From Bryobacteraceae bacterium (lineage in GTDB: Bacteria > Acidobacteriota > Terriglobia > Bryobacterales > Bryobacteraceae), in contig DATJWJ010000263.1 of the NCBI GenBank assembly GCA_035501355.1, positions 24,172-88,171 on the forward strand: DNA of 64,000 nt, given 5' to 3'. Shown piece after piece: positions 46,797 to 55,971 of the stretch. How positions within the stretch are numbered: the first letter of the stretch is position 1; the number at the start of each line of letters is the position of its first letter. The translations under genes were made by a program, and so were the position numbers. The notes below the pieces were generated by a model that was given only the letters and a program-made list of their open reading frames with translations, searched no databases and was not told the origin of the DNA.

Positions 46797-47472
46797 ATGG
46801 TAGCTGCTCTGCTGTGAGGCCGGTTAGTAGGTTCCAGTGGACCGCAGCTTCAGCTCGGTGTGTTTTTAACCACGCGCGTTCAGGTGCCGGCATCGAATCG
46901 CGGCAGAGCGTTCCTTCATTGGCCAGACGAGCTGCCTCGAGTTCGCTCTCCCATCGGGACAAGACCGGCACCGCCGCTTGGCGAACCGGTAAAGCTCCTG
47001 CTGTCTGCCACGCGAGATGCACGAGGTAACCAAGCCTGTTTTGAACATTGTGCAATTTGGCGGAGTCCCGAAGCCACTGCCAGTTCAGACCGGTATACGT
47101 GGTCAGCACCCAGGGCAAGGCTTCAACTAAGCGCGTGTCCAAATCCCGTTTCACGACGGCATTGAGCACCACTTCGGCGGGATTGCTCGCCGCCCTGGAA
47201 CGAACATGCGCGAACCCTGGGTAGCCAAGGGAAGCCAGCTTTCTCTGAAGTTCATCCGGAGTAACACTCGAACGCTCCAGCGGTCCTTTCAAAGGAACCG
47301 CCGTAGGGAGCCTATAAAGCTTCGCAGCCTTTCGAGCGAGCGCAAAACCAGACGCCCTCAACCCCTTTTCGAGTTGTGACAGATAGGGTTGTGACACGCC
47401 CAGTGCGATGGCGGCTTCCACCTGAGTCAAGCCAACCTTTTCGCGGCCGGCCTTCCACTGCTCAGGAGTCAT
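46783..47472 (-). CDS. XRE-family HTH protein with extra C-terminal domain
   Basis: Start at ATG 47472 (MTPEQWKAGREKVGLTQVEAAIALGVSQPYLSQLEKG), preceded by GGGAGG. The roughly 160-aa C-terminal domain belongs to no family I recognise. Confidence 0.75.
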   Translation of the reverse strand: MTPEQWKAGREKVGLTQVEAAIALGVSQPYLSQLEKGLRASGFALARKAAKLYRLPTAVPLKGPLERSSVTPDELQRKLASLGYPGFAHVRSRAASNPAEVVLNAVVKRDLDTRLVEALPWVLTTYTGLNWQWLRDSAKLHNVQNRLGYLVHLAWQTAGALPVRQAAVPVLSRWESELEAARLANEGTLCRDSMPAPERAWLKTHRAEAAVHWNLLTGLTAEQLPYAAH

Positions 47473-47496
47473 GGTATTATCCTCCCACGAAATAAA

Positions 47497-47517
47497 ATAT
47501 AGCATATAATGCTATAT
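47497..47517 (-). promoter_or_regulatory. Perfect 9-3-9 palindrome, putative operator of the XRE/NTase pair
   Basis: ATATAGCAT-ATA-ATGCTATAT lies 25-45 nt upstream of the XRE start in an AT-rich patch with -10-like hexamers. Confidence 0.5.
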
Positions 47518-47667
47518 GTGTCAAAATAGAATCAACACTTGCAATGACTTGGCTATTTCTCCTGCTCCCTGACAACCGCTATGTCGATGTCTTGCGTTGA
47601 GCCGCCGGCCGCCCTTGGCGCTGTGATGACTCTGGCAGCCAAGCAGCAGCACTAGCGCGGCGGTTGT

Positions 47668-48471
47668 TTAGTTTTCCGTAGGCTGGTCGGCGTGATCGAT
47701 GATGGTGATCTCGAGCGGAGCTTTCTGCTTTTCCAACCGAAGCCCGAGTTGTTCCTGCACGGCGGCGATCACGGCATCGCCGAAGTTGTAGGCCGTAACT
47801 GGGCTCGCGGCGCCTGTCGCGCGCATCTGGTTTGGGTCGGGCGGCGCGGGCTCGAGAGTGTAGTCGAAAAATCCGGTCAGCCCCGTTCGATCGATTACCG
47901 GAGTCTGCAGAATGTTCGACACCGTATTCACCAGCGCAACCACGGGCATTTTTCGGAACGTCATCTGGCCCATTTTGCCCGGCGCAAACAGAGGCTGTTC
48001 GTCATCTTTTGCTTTTTGGAGCTTGTGCCCGTTTTTAGCCACCACCAGCGCGTATACCGAAAGTTCTTTGGTTTCGCGGTGCAGAGCGAGTTTGAACCGG
48101 TCCTCAAGCAGCGTCTGGATCATTGCCCGAAACTGCGCGCCGTTGACTGGACCGGCGGCATCGTCAGCCTTCGCGGCAATATCAAATCGATCTATGTCGA
48201 GCCATCCGGGCCCGCCCTGCATCTGAATCCTTCGAGTTTGATACGCCACGATGATTAGCTCCGTCAGGGTGACATCGGTGGCCGTAAATCGGCCGCTCGG
48301 CGAGAAAACGTACGGAGTGTCGAAGTTCGGGCGAGGCCCCGACCTGTTCGGCTTGACGGAAGCTACGTCGAATTCCGGTCGCGTTTGCGCGCTGACGATG
48401 CTGGCAGCGAGAATTGCGATCGCGCCAGTCAACGGCCATCTGCGCATATCACCCGGTTTGAGAGGCGTCAC
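47668..48471 (-). CDS. TIGR03435-type exported protein (Acidobacteria paralogous family)
   Basis: 267 aa with a signal peptide, then the family-typical RPEFDVASVKPNRSGP and C-terminal LGLRLEKQKAPLEITIIDHADQPTEN. Confidence 0.75.
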   Translation of the reverse strand: MTPLKPGDMRRWPLTGAIAILAASIVSAQTRPEFDVASVKPNRSGPRPNFDTPYVFSPSGRFTATDVTLTELIIVAYQTRRIQMQGGPGWLDIDRFDIAAKADDAAGPVNGAQFRAMIQTLLEDRFKLALHRETKELSVYALVVAKNGHKLQKAKDDEQPLFAPGKMGQMTFRKMPVVALVNTVSNILQTPVIDRTGLTGFFDYTLEPAPPDPNQMRATGAASPVTAYNFGDAVIAAVQEQLGLRLEKQKAPLEITIIDHADQPTEN

Positions 48472-48552
48472 AGGTCCTCCCTCAGCAAGCTTTCCGCAGC
48501 ATAGCGCGTTTCGCCGTTATGAGGCTGATGCTATAGTCGGAGCATCAGGTCC

Positions 48553-50205
48553 GTGGTTTCTCCCGGCGTTCTTACGAGCGCGCCGCCGGGAACCGGGACG
48601 CCGGCTAATCGGCTGATCCGGCGTCTCACCATCGGCTTCTGCCTGGTGGCATTGGTGCTCGGCGCTGTCCAAGCCTGGACCACGCGCTTCGACATGAATC
48701 CGGACGGCATCCAGTATCTGGACAACGCCGCCGCGTATCTCGATCGCGATTTTCACAACGCCCTCAACACGCAATGGAGCCCGCTTTACCCCTGGCTAAT
48801 CGGCGCGCTCAGCGCAGTAGTTCACCCCGCGCGCGAGCAGCAGTTTCCGCTAGTGCATTTATTGAATTTCATCCTCTATGCGATGTCGCTCGCTGGGTTT
48901 CTGTTTTTCGCACGATCCATTCGGAAACTGCTGCCGGTCTCGAGCCCGGCCAGCTTGCTGCTGCTCAGCTATTCGGCGTTCCTGTATTGCTCGCTGGATT
49001 TCACGAGCGCGGGCTTCGTCACGCCCGATCTGCTGGTGAATTTCTTCGCCTTCGTTGCCGCCGGACTGCTGATGCGGATCGCCGCCGGTGACCAGCGCGC
49101 CCGGCAATTCGTGGCGCTCGGTGCGACCTTGGGCCTCGGTTATCTTGCGAAAGCGCCGTTTCTGCCCATCGGAGTTCTGTGTCTCGCGATGGCCGCCGTG
49201 CTAGGCCGCAAACGGACCCTCTGGGCGTGCGGTGTGTTTGCGGTAATTGCCGCCCTCTACATCGGGGTGCTCTCGGAAGCCAAAGGCCGTTTCACATTCG
49301 GCGATAGCGCCAGGCTCAACCTGGTCTGGCACGTCAACGTTCTGCCCAATGCCAACTGGCAGGGCGGTCCGGCTGGGAACGGCCGGCCCATTCATCCCAC
49401 GCGCCAACTTGCGACACGGCCAGCGATCTTCGAATTTGCTAAACCCATTGCGGGCACCTATCCGCCGTGGTACGACCCGGCTTATTGGTACGAAGGCGTG
49501 CAAGTCGCCTATCGTCCACGAGACTTCGCGCGCGCGCTGGTCGACCAGGCTGGCGTCTATGCTTATTCTCTGCATCATCGCCAGCTCCCGCTGCTGTTTG
49601 CCTTGCTGGCGCTATTTCTTCTGAGCGCCAGCAAGCGTCGCGTTGCGGACCGTCTGAAGACTTTGTGGCCGGTGCTGGCCCTGGGCGCGATGCCCTTTGC
49701 GATGTACGCGCCCGTTCACGCCGAAGGCCGTTACCTGGCGCCGTTCTTTGTGCTCTTGTGGACCGCGCTGTTCTGTGGCGTGCTGGAGGATCGCCGCGTT
49801 TCCCTGGCGATCGCTACTACAGCGTGCCTGCTCATGCTGGTTGAGTCCACCCGCGCCGCATTCGCGACGCCCGCCAACCAGCCACCCGCGCAATTGCATT
49901 ATGAAATTGCGCGCGACCTTCACGCCCTTGGCCTCAAGCCGGGCGACCAGGTCGCGACCGTCACCCACCTTCCGTACTATTGGGCTTGGCTGGCAGACGC
50001 CCGCGTGACGCTCGAAGTATCCTTCAGCGGCAGCCCAAGCGAGCGCCATGCCGAATGGTTCGCCGCCCGCCAGATCCTTTTGTCCCAACCGGCCGCTTTC
50101 CTAGTCTCTCCAGCCCTGGACGGCGTGACGGATCAGCCCGGCTGGCGCCGATTGGGAACCAGCAATGTTTTCGCGTACCCGGCCCACCCCTGGCGTGCGT
50201 ATTAA
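48553..50205 (+). CDS. GT-C-fold glycosyltransferase-like membrane protein (ArnT/PMT_2-like)
   Basis: 550 aa with a GTG start. After TM1 comes the loop FDMNPDGIQYLDNAAAYLDRDF...WSPLYPWLIGAL, then about 11 TM helices and a C-terminal soluble domain. Confidence 0.65.
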   Translation: MVSPGVLTSAPPGTGTPANRLIRRLTIGFCLVALVLGAVQAWTTRFDMNPDGIQYLDNAAAYLDRDFHNALNTQWSPLYPWLIGALSAVVHPAREQQFPLVHLLNFILYAMSLAGFLFFARSIRKLLPVSSPASLLLLSYSAFLYCSLDFTSAGFVTPDLLVNFFAFVAAGLLMRIAAGDQRARQFVALGATLGLGYLAKAPFLPIGVLCLAMAAVLGRKRTLWACGVFAVIAALYIGVLSEAKGRFTFGDSARLNLVWHVNVLPNANWQGGPAGNGRPIHPTRQLATRPAIFEFAKPIAGTYPPWYDPAYWYEGVQVAYRPRDFARALVDQAGVYAYSLHHRQLPLLFALLALFLLSASKRRVADRLKTLWPVLALGAMPFAMYAPVHAEGRYLAPFFVLLWTALFCGVLEDRRVSLAIATTACLLMLVESTRAAFATPANQPPAQLHYEIARDLHALGLKPGDQVATVTHLPYYWAWLADARVTLEVSFSGSPSERHAEWFAARQILLSQPAAFLVSPALDGVTDQPGWRRLGTSNVFAYPAHPWRAY

Positions 50206-50294
50206 CCTTATGGTTTCGGCCAGCGGCCAGCCTGTGGCATCATTAATGATTCGGGTTCGATAACTACTTCACGTTTTGAGGGTCTTCTGACTTC

Positions 50295-52022
50295 ATGAGT
50301 TTTCGGCACTACTTCCCTGCGCTCGCGCTGGCTAACGTTTCCTTTCTGTTCGCCCAGCAGTACACTATCAGCACCATTGCCGGCAACAACTCCTCCGGCT
50401 ACACCGGCGACAGTGGAGCTGCCACGTCAGCGCAATTGAACCAGCCCGGTAGCATCGTGGTGGATTCGTCCGGCAACATCTACATTGCCGACAGCGGCAA
50501 TCATGTCGTGCGAAAAATTTCCAACGGCACCATCACTACCATAGCGGGTACCGGCTCGCCCGGCTATTCGGGCGACGGGGGCCCTGCCGCCAAAGCGGAG
50601 TTGTACAATCCCACAGGGCTGGCACTGGATTCTTCCGGCAACCTTTTCATTGCGGATTCTGCCAACAACCTGATCCGCGAAGTTTCCTCGTCCGGAACCA
50701 TTACCACCTTCGCCGGCGACAGCAGCATGGGCGCCGGATATACGGGAGACGGCGCGCCAGCCTTGCAGGCGCAATTGAACGATCCGACCGGGGTCGCCGT
50801 GGATAAGTACGGGAATGTTTACATCGCCGACGCCGCCAACAATGTGATCCGCAAGGTCGCCGACGGCTACATCAGCACTTTCGTGGGAGGAACAGCGACT
50901 ATCGGCCAGTTGAGTCACCCCGACACAGTGGTGGTGGACCAGTACCTGGATCTTTTCATCAGCGACACGGTAGGGCGGAGAATAGTGGTGTTTACCGGCA
51001 ACTCTGACTTTGTCGTTCTGGCGGGCAATGAAACATCCTACGGTTATAACGGCGACGGCATCCCTCCCACGCAGGCCTCGTTAGACGATCCGATGAGTGT
51101 TGCCGTGGACGCTGCCGGCAATATCTACATCGCCGACACTTTGAACTGCCGAATTCGCCTGCTTGCCAATGGCATCATCAACACCATCGCGGGTACCGGC
51201 TTCCCTGGCTATTTCGGTGATGGCGGCCCGGCAACCGAAGCCTGGCTTTATTTTCCGCGCAGCGTTGCGCTGGATAATGCGGGCCATGTTTACATCGGCG
51301 ACAGCTATAACAATGTTGTGCGCATGCTCACTCCCGTGGCGCCCGCGACGGCCAACGCGGTGGTAAACTCCGCCAGCTACACGCCCCAGATTTCGCCCGG
51401 CTCGCTGGCAACCCTCTTCGGAACGCACCTGGCAGGATCGCTAACTACTGCCAGCGCTCCGCTCCCGAAAAGCCTGGCCGATGTTTCGATCACAGTGAAC
51501 GGCCGGCCGGCGCCGATTCTGGCCGTCACCTCGACACAAGTCAATTTCCAAGTGCCCTGGGAAACGTTACCTGGGAGCGCGCAAGTGGTCGTGAATATCA
51601 ACGGATCCGCTGGCAATACTCTGACCGTCCCGGTACTGGCCGCCGCACCAGGCATCTTTTCCGACGCCTCCGGCCGCGCCGTCGCGCAGAATTCCGATTA
51701 CTCTTTGAACACCGCCAGCAATCCGATCAAAGCAGGTGGTACGATCATCGCGTATCTGACTGGTTCCGGTCCGGTGAACGTAGCGATGTCCGACGGCGTC
51801 GCAGCCTCGCCAAGTCCAGCGCCAAGAGCGATGTCTCAGACCAGCGCAACCATCGGATCGCTTCCCGCTGAAGTGAGTTTCGTGGGCTTGGCGCCCGGAT
51901 TCGTGGGGCTGACGCAGATGAACATCGTCGTGCCGACGGGTCTTGCCTCCGGCGACTACCCGCTGAGCGTTACCATCGGCGGCCAGACCAGCAATTCTGG
52001 CATCGTGAGCGTGGCGCAATAG
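50295..52022 (+). CDS. Secreted NHL-repeat beta-propeller protein with TIGR03437-type C-terminal domain
   Basis: Six or more repeats of the type AQLNQPGSIVVDSSGNIYIADSGNHVVRKI. The C-terminus is NSASYTPQISPGSLATLFG...VNGRPAPILAVTSTQVNFQVPWE...FVGLAPGFVGLTQMNIVVP. Confidence 0.85.
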   Translation: MSFRHYFPALALANVSFLFAQQYTISTIAGNNSSGYTGDSGAATSAQLNQPGSIVVDSSGNIYIADSGNHVVRKISNGTITTIAGTGSPGYSGDGGPAAKAELYNPTGLALDSSGNLFIADSANNLIREVSSSGTITTFAGDSSMGAGYTGDGAPALQAQLNDPTGVAVDKYGNVYIADAANNVIRKVADGYISTFVGGTATIGQLSHPDTVVVDQYLDLFISDTVGRRIVVFTGNSDFVVLAGNETSYGYNGDGIPPTQASLDDPMSVAVDAAGNIYIADTLNCRIRLLANGIINTIAGTGFPGYFGDGGPATEAWLYFPRSVALDNAGHVYIGDSYNNVVRMLTPVAPATANAVVNSASYTPQISPGSLATLFGTHLAGSLTTASAPLPKSLADVSITVNGRPAPILAVTSTQVNFQVPWETLPGSAQVVVNINGSAGNTLTVPVLAAAPGIFSDASGRAVAQNSDYSLNTASNPIKAGGTIIAYLTGSGPVNVAMSDGVAASPSPAPRAMSQTSATIGSLPAEVSFVGLAPGFVGLTQMNIVVPTGLASGDYPLSVTIGGQTSNSGIVSVAQ

Positions 52023-52024
52023 CG

Positions 52025-54490
52025 TCACTCGTAGCGCAAGGCATCCAGTGGGTCGATGCGTGTCGCGCGCCGTGCCGGGAACCATACCGCCAGCAAAGCT
52101 ACCGCGCTGAGCAGGACTGGAACGATCACGAATACCGCCGGGTCCCAGGCTTTCACGCCGAACAGGAAGCTCGCGATCAGGCGCGACAGCCCGAACGCGG
52201 CCGCGATTCCGACTCCGACTCCGATCAAGGCCAGCGCCATGCCTTGGTAGACCACCATTCGTCGTACCTCGGCTGTCTCGGCGCCCAGCGCCATGCGAAT
52301 CCCGATCTCCTGCGTGCGCTGCGCCACCGAGTAGGCCATTAACCCGTAAATCCCGATTGCAGCCAGCAGCAGCGCGGCACCGGCGAACACGGTCAGTAGC
52401 AGCATGTTGAAATCCTGACGCGCGGTTGATAGAGCCACCACTTCGTCCATAGTGCGAATGCGCGCCACGGGAAGGCCGTCGCTCGCCGCCCGCAGCGCCG
52501 TCTGAATCGGTTGGCTCAGCGAATATGGCGGCACGCGCGTGCGCACCACCCAAGTCAGGGGCCCGATGCGGCGGTTCAGAGCTGTGACGCCATCCGTGAC
52601 TTGCGCCGCCGGCACGTACATCGTCGCGGGCGGGTTACGATTCAGCCCGTTGTCGCGCGAATCGGCCACGATCCCGACGATCTGCCGCGCGGGTTCCTCA
52701 AATTCGGGTCCCACACCTTTGCCGATGATCAGGCGATCGTTCAATGGATCGCCCTTCGGCCAGAAACGCTTTGCCATGGCCTGGCTGATAATCACCACCG
52801 GCGGTGCGCTGCCATCATCCCGTTCGGTGAACGCGCGGCCGCGTAGTAAGGGAATCTTGAACACGTCGAAATAACCGGCCGAGATTGACCTCCAATTGCC
52901 GCCTCCATGCGACGGTCCTTCGAGCGGCCGTCCCGCGATGATAAATGGCAGCCCGTAGCCGCCTTCCAGCGGCAGACAGCAGGTGGTGCTCGCGGCTTCG
53001 ACACCCGGGAGCGCTTGAAGTCTTGGAACGCCGTCGCGGATCAGCTCGGCCAAGCCGATTGTTTTTTCGAATCTCGGGCTGTCCAGCGACATTTGCATGG
53101 TCAGCACGTTGTGCCGGTCGAAGCCGGGATCGACCGCGCGCAGCGCGAGATAGGTGCGGATCAGCAGCGCCGCGCCGATCAACAGAATCATCGCCAGAGC
53201 CATCTCGGTAATCACCAGCAGAGAGCGCGCCTTGTTCTGACGAAAGCCTGTTCCCGAGCGGCCTCCGGATTCTTTGAGTACGGATGTCAGATCGGTGCGC
53301 GAAGACTGGAATGCGGGAATCAGGCCGAACAGGACTCCGGTGACCAGCGAAACGAGCAGGGTGAAGCCGAGAACGTGCGTATCGAGCGAAACATAGGCGT
53401 TGTGCGGGCCCAGGCGAGGAATACTTCCGGGATAAATCGGCAGCAGCGCTCGAATGCCGATTACTCCCAGCCCCAGGCCGAAAGCCCCGCCCACCAGAGC
53501 CAGCAGGATGCTCTCGGTCAGCAATTGGCGAATGATCCGCCCGCGTCCGGCGCCGATGGCCGCGCGAATGGCGATCTCGCGGCGGCGTCCAGTGGCGCGC
53601 ACCAGCAAAAGGTTCGCAACGTTGGCGCACGCGATCAGCAACACGAAACTGACGGCCGCCGCGAATACGAACAGCAGATCGCGCACGCCGCTCACCACCA
53701 GGTCGCGCATGGGCTGGACGCTGAAGCCATCCTTAGGGCCCATCGCGATATTGCCGGCGAATTTCCGGCGAAACTCATCAGCCGCAAGCTGAAGCTGCGC
53801 GCGCGCCATGCCCAGCGTCACGCCTGGTTTTAGCCGCGCGAAAGCCGTGAAGTAGTGGGCCTGATCGGTACTGTTGGGATCGATTTGAAAGGGCAGGTAA
53901 AGGTCAATGGGCGGGTCCGCTTCCATCTTGTTTTCCGGCGCGCCGATTCCGACGACTTGATAAGGATCGCCGCTGAGCGAAATGGTCTTGCCGACAATAG
54001 ACGGATCGCGTCCAAAACGCCGGGTCCAGAATTCGTCGCTGAGCACCACCACGTGCCCGCCATGCGGCCGGTCCTCTTCGTCCGTGAAGCTGCGGCCGTG
54101 CGCGATAGCGAGGCCGAATAGCCGGAACATGGACGCCGAGACCCGCGCGGCTTGGATCTGCTCCGGCTTTTCAACGCCCGTTAAGTTCATGGTGCCATTC
54201 GCTACCGCCGAGACATCCTGAAATACGTTGGTCCGCTCGCGCCAGATGTTGAACTTGGTCGCCGATGCGCCAGGCCCTGAGCCGCCAGGCGATGTCAGCG
54301 TGAAAATCACCAGCCGGTCCGGATCGGGGTAAGGCATGGGCCGGAGCAAGACGGTGTTGATGATGGAAAAAATCGCGGTGTTGGCTCCGATGCCGAGCGC
54401 CAACGCCGCCACGGCCGTGATGGTGAAGCCGGGGCTGTGGACAAACATCCGCAACGAGTGTTTCAGGTCTTTGAGAAAGGTTTCCACCAT
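52025..54490 (-). CDS. ADOP-family duplicated FtsX/MacB-type permease
   Basis: 821 aa with FLKDLKHSLRMFVHSPGFTITAVAALALGIGANTAIFS and two FtsX modules (..CANVANLLLVRATGRRREIAIRAAIGA.. and ..AQRTQEIGIRMALGA..). Confidence 0.9.
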   Translation of the reverse strand: MVETFLKDLKHSLRMFVHSPGFTITAVAALALGIGANTAIFSIINTVLLRPMPYPDPDRLVIFTLTSPGGSGPGASATKFNIWRERTNVFQDVSAVANGTMNLTGVEKPEQIQAARVSASMFRLFGLAIAHGRSFTDEEDRPHGGHVVVLSDEFWTRRFGRDPSIVGKTISLSGDPYQVVGIGAPENKMEADPPIDLYLPFQIDPNSTDQAHYFTAFARLKPGVTLGMARAQLQLAADEFRRKFAGNIAMGPKDGFSVQPMRDLVVSGVRDLLFVFAAAVSFVLLIACANVANLLLVRATGRRREIAIRAAIGAGRGRIIRQLLTESILLALVGGAFGLGLGVIGIRALLPIYPGSIPRLGPHNAYVSLDTHVLGFTLLVSLVTGVLFGLIPAFQSSRTDLTSVLKESGGRSGTGFRQNKARSLLVITEMALAMILLIGAALLIRTYLALRAVDPGFDRHNVLTMQMSLDSPRFEKTIGLAELIRDGVPRLQALPGVEAASTTCCLPLEGGYGLPFIIAGRPLEGPSHGGGNWRSISAGYFDVFKIPLLRGRAFTERDDGSAPPVVIISQAMAKRFWPKGDPLNDRLIIGKGVGPEFEEPARQIVGIVADSRDNGLNRNPPATMYVPAAQVTDGVTALNRRIGPLTWVVRTRVPPYSLSQPIQTALRAASDGLPVARIRTMDEVVALSTARQDFNMLLLTVFAGAALLLAAIGIYGLMAYSVAQRTQEIGIRMALGAETAEVRRMVVYQGMALALIGVGVGIAAAFGLSRLIASFLFGVKAWDPAVFVIVPVLLSAVALLAVWFPARRATRIDPLDALRYE

Positions 54491-54506
54491 CCGCCGAGCC
54501 CCCTCC

Positions 54507-55091
54507 CTAAGCTTCTTTCAAGTCTATCCACTTGTCCACCGTCGGCGGCTGGTACTCCAGCAGCCGCGCAACCAGCGGTTCCGGTTGACTCTCCGCGATC
54601 ACCATCCGCCGATGTACTGGCTTGACAAACTGCTCGGCCAATGCACGATCAAAAAGCGCCAGAAGCGGATCATAATATCCTTCGACGTTCAAAATGCCGC
54701 AGGGTTTGCTATGCAGCCCAAGCTGCGTCCAGGTCAGCATCTCGCAAAACTCCTCGAAAGTGCCGTAGCCTCCAGGCATCGTGATAAACGCATCCGATAA
54801 CTGAGCCATCAGCGCTTTGCGCTCGTGCATCGAACCGACCACCCGCAGATCGGACAGCCCGCGATGCGAGACCTCCTTGGCGACCAGCGATTGCGGAATC
54901 ACGCCGATCACTTCACCTCCAGCCTCGAGAACCGCGTCCGCCAGGACGCCCATCAGCCCGACTTTTCCCCCGCCATAGACCACACCAATCTCCTTCGAAA
55001 CCAGGTGCCGCGCCAGCGTGATTGCCGATGCTCGATAACTCGGCCGCTCGCCGGAACTAGACCCGCAGAAGACGCAAATTCGTTTCGCCAT
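54507..55091 (-). CDS. LOG-family nucleotide 5'-monophosphate nucleosidase (TIGR00730)
   Basis: 194 aa with VVYGGGKVGLMGVLAD and PGGYGTFEE. Confidence 0.9.
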   Translation of the reverse strand: MAKRICVFCGSSSGERPSYRASAITLARHLVSKEIGVVYGGGKVGLMGVLADAVLEAGGEVIGVIPQSLVAKEVSHRGLSDLRVVGSMHERKALMAQLSDAFITMPGGYGTFEEFCEMLTWTQLGLHSKPCGILNVEGYYDPLLALFDRALAEQFVKPVHRRMVIAESQPEPLVARLLEYQPPTVDKWIDLKEA

Positions 55092-55095
55092 AGGA

Positions 55096-55971
55096 TTACG
55101 CCCCGCGCACTAATTCCAGAAACGCCCGCGCCGCATGACTCAAGCTGCGCTTGGCCGGGTACACCAATCTGATGTGTCGATCCACGTTCAGCTCAGTGAC
55201 CTTGATCTCCCGCAGCACGTCCTGCTCGACATCCTGCTCCACCGTCATATGCGGCAGGAACGCGACGCCTTCGTTACGCTGCACCATCTTGCGAATGGTC
55301 TCCACGGTCGGCATCTCCACATCCATGTTCAACGGTACCTTGTGGCGCTGAAACTCCTTCAGCACTACCGCGCGATACGGCGACAGAACATTGTGGGCGA
55401 TGAATGTCTCCATACCCAGCTCGTTGATGCTCAGTTCCTTGCGTCCGGCAAAACGGTGCTGCGGCGACACCACGAACGCCAGATGGTCGGTGTAAATGAT
55501 GAGCGTTTGCAGGCGGTCGTCTTCCGGATCGTAGCTGATCACGCCCAGCTCCAGCTCGCCGTCAATCAGCTCGCCCGGAATCTTGCTCGATAGTGACCGC
55601 CGCACCTGCACCTTCACCTTCGGATATTGACGCCGATAACGCTCGATGTGCCCCAGCAGGTACAGCGAAGTTGACTCATTCGCCCCCACCACCAGGCGGC
55701 CGGCCGAGTTGTCGCGCAGCTCGGCCAGCGCATTTTCCAGCTCGCCTTCCAAATTCTCGAACCGGCGCGCGTAGTCGTACACGATCCGTCCGGCGTCGGT
55801 AAGCAGCAAATCCTTGCCCGAGCGGTCGATCAGCTTCTCCTGCAAATCCGACTCAAGCTTCTGAATCGCAAGGGAAACCGCGGGCTGAGTGCGAAGCAAT
55901 CGCTCGGCTGCGCGCGAAAAGCTCTTCTCGTCTGCGACCGTCAACAACACTTTAAGGGGATAGAGTTCCAT
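55096..55971 (-). CDS. LysR-family transcriptional regulator
   Basis: 291 aa with the HTH LLTVADEKSFSRAAERLLRTQPAVSLAIQKLE and a LysR substrate-binding domain. It is divergent from leuA. Confidence 0.9.
   Translation of the reverse strand: MELYPLKVLLTVADEKSFSRAAERLLRTQPAVSLAIQKLESDLQEKLIDRSGKDLLLTDAGRIVYDYARRFENLEGELENALAELRDNSAGRLVVGANESTSLYLLGHIERYRRQYPKVKVQVRRSLSSKIPGELIDGELELGVISYDPEDDRLQTLIIYTDHLAFVVSPQHRFAGRKELSINELGMETFIAHNVLSPYRAVVLKEFQRHKVPLNMDVEMPTVETIRKMVQRNEGVAFLPHMTVEQDVEQDVLREIKVTELNVDRHIRLVYPAKRSLSHAARAFLELVRGA

Noticed and set aside
54507-55091. LOG-family protein as a possible SLOG-type defence component
   Set aside because: It has canonical LOG motifs (GGGxxGLMG, PGGYGTFEE) and sits behind a LysR regulator. 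No defence-type partner genes are present.
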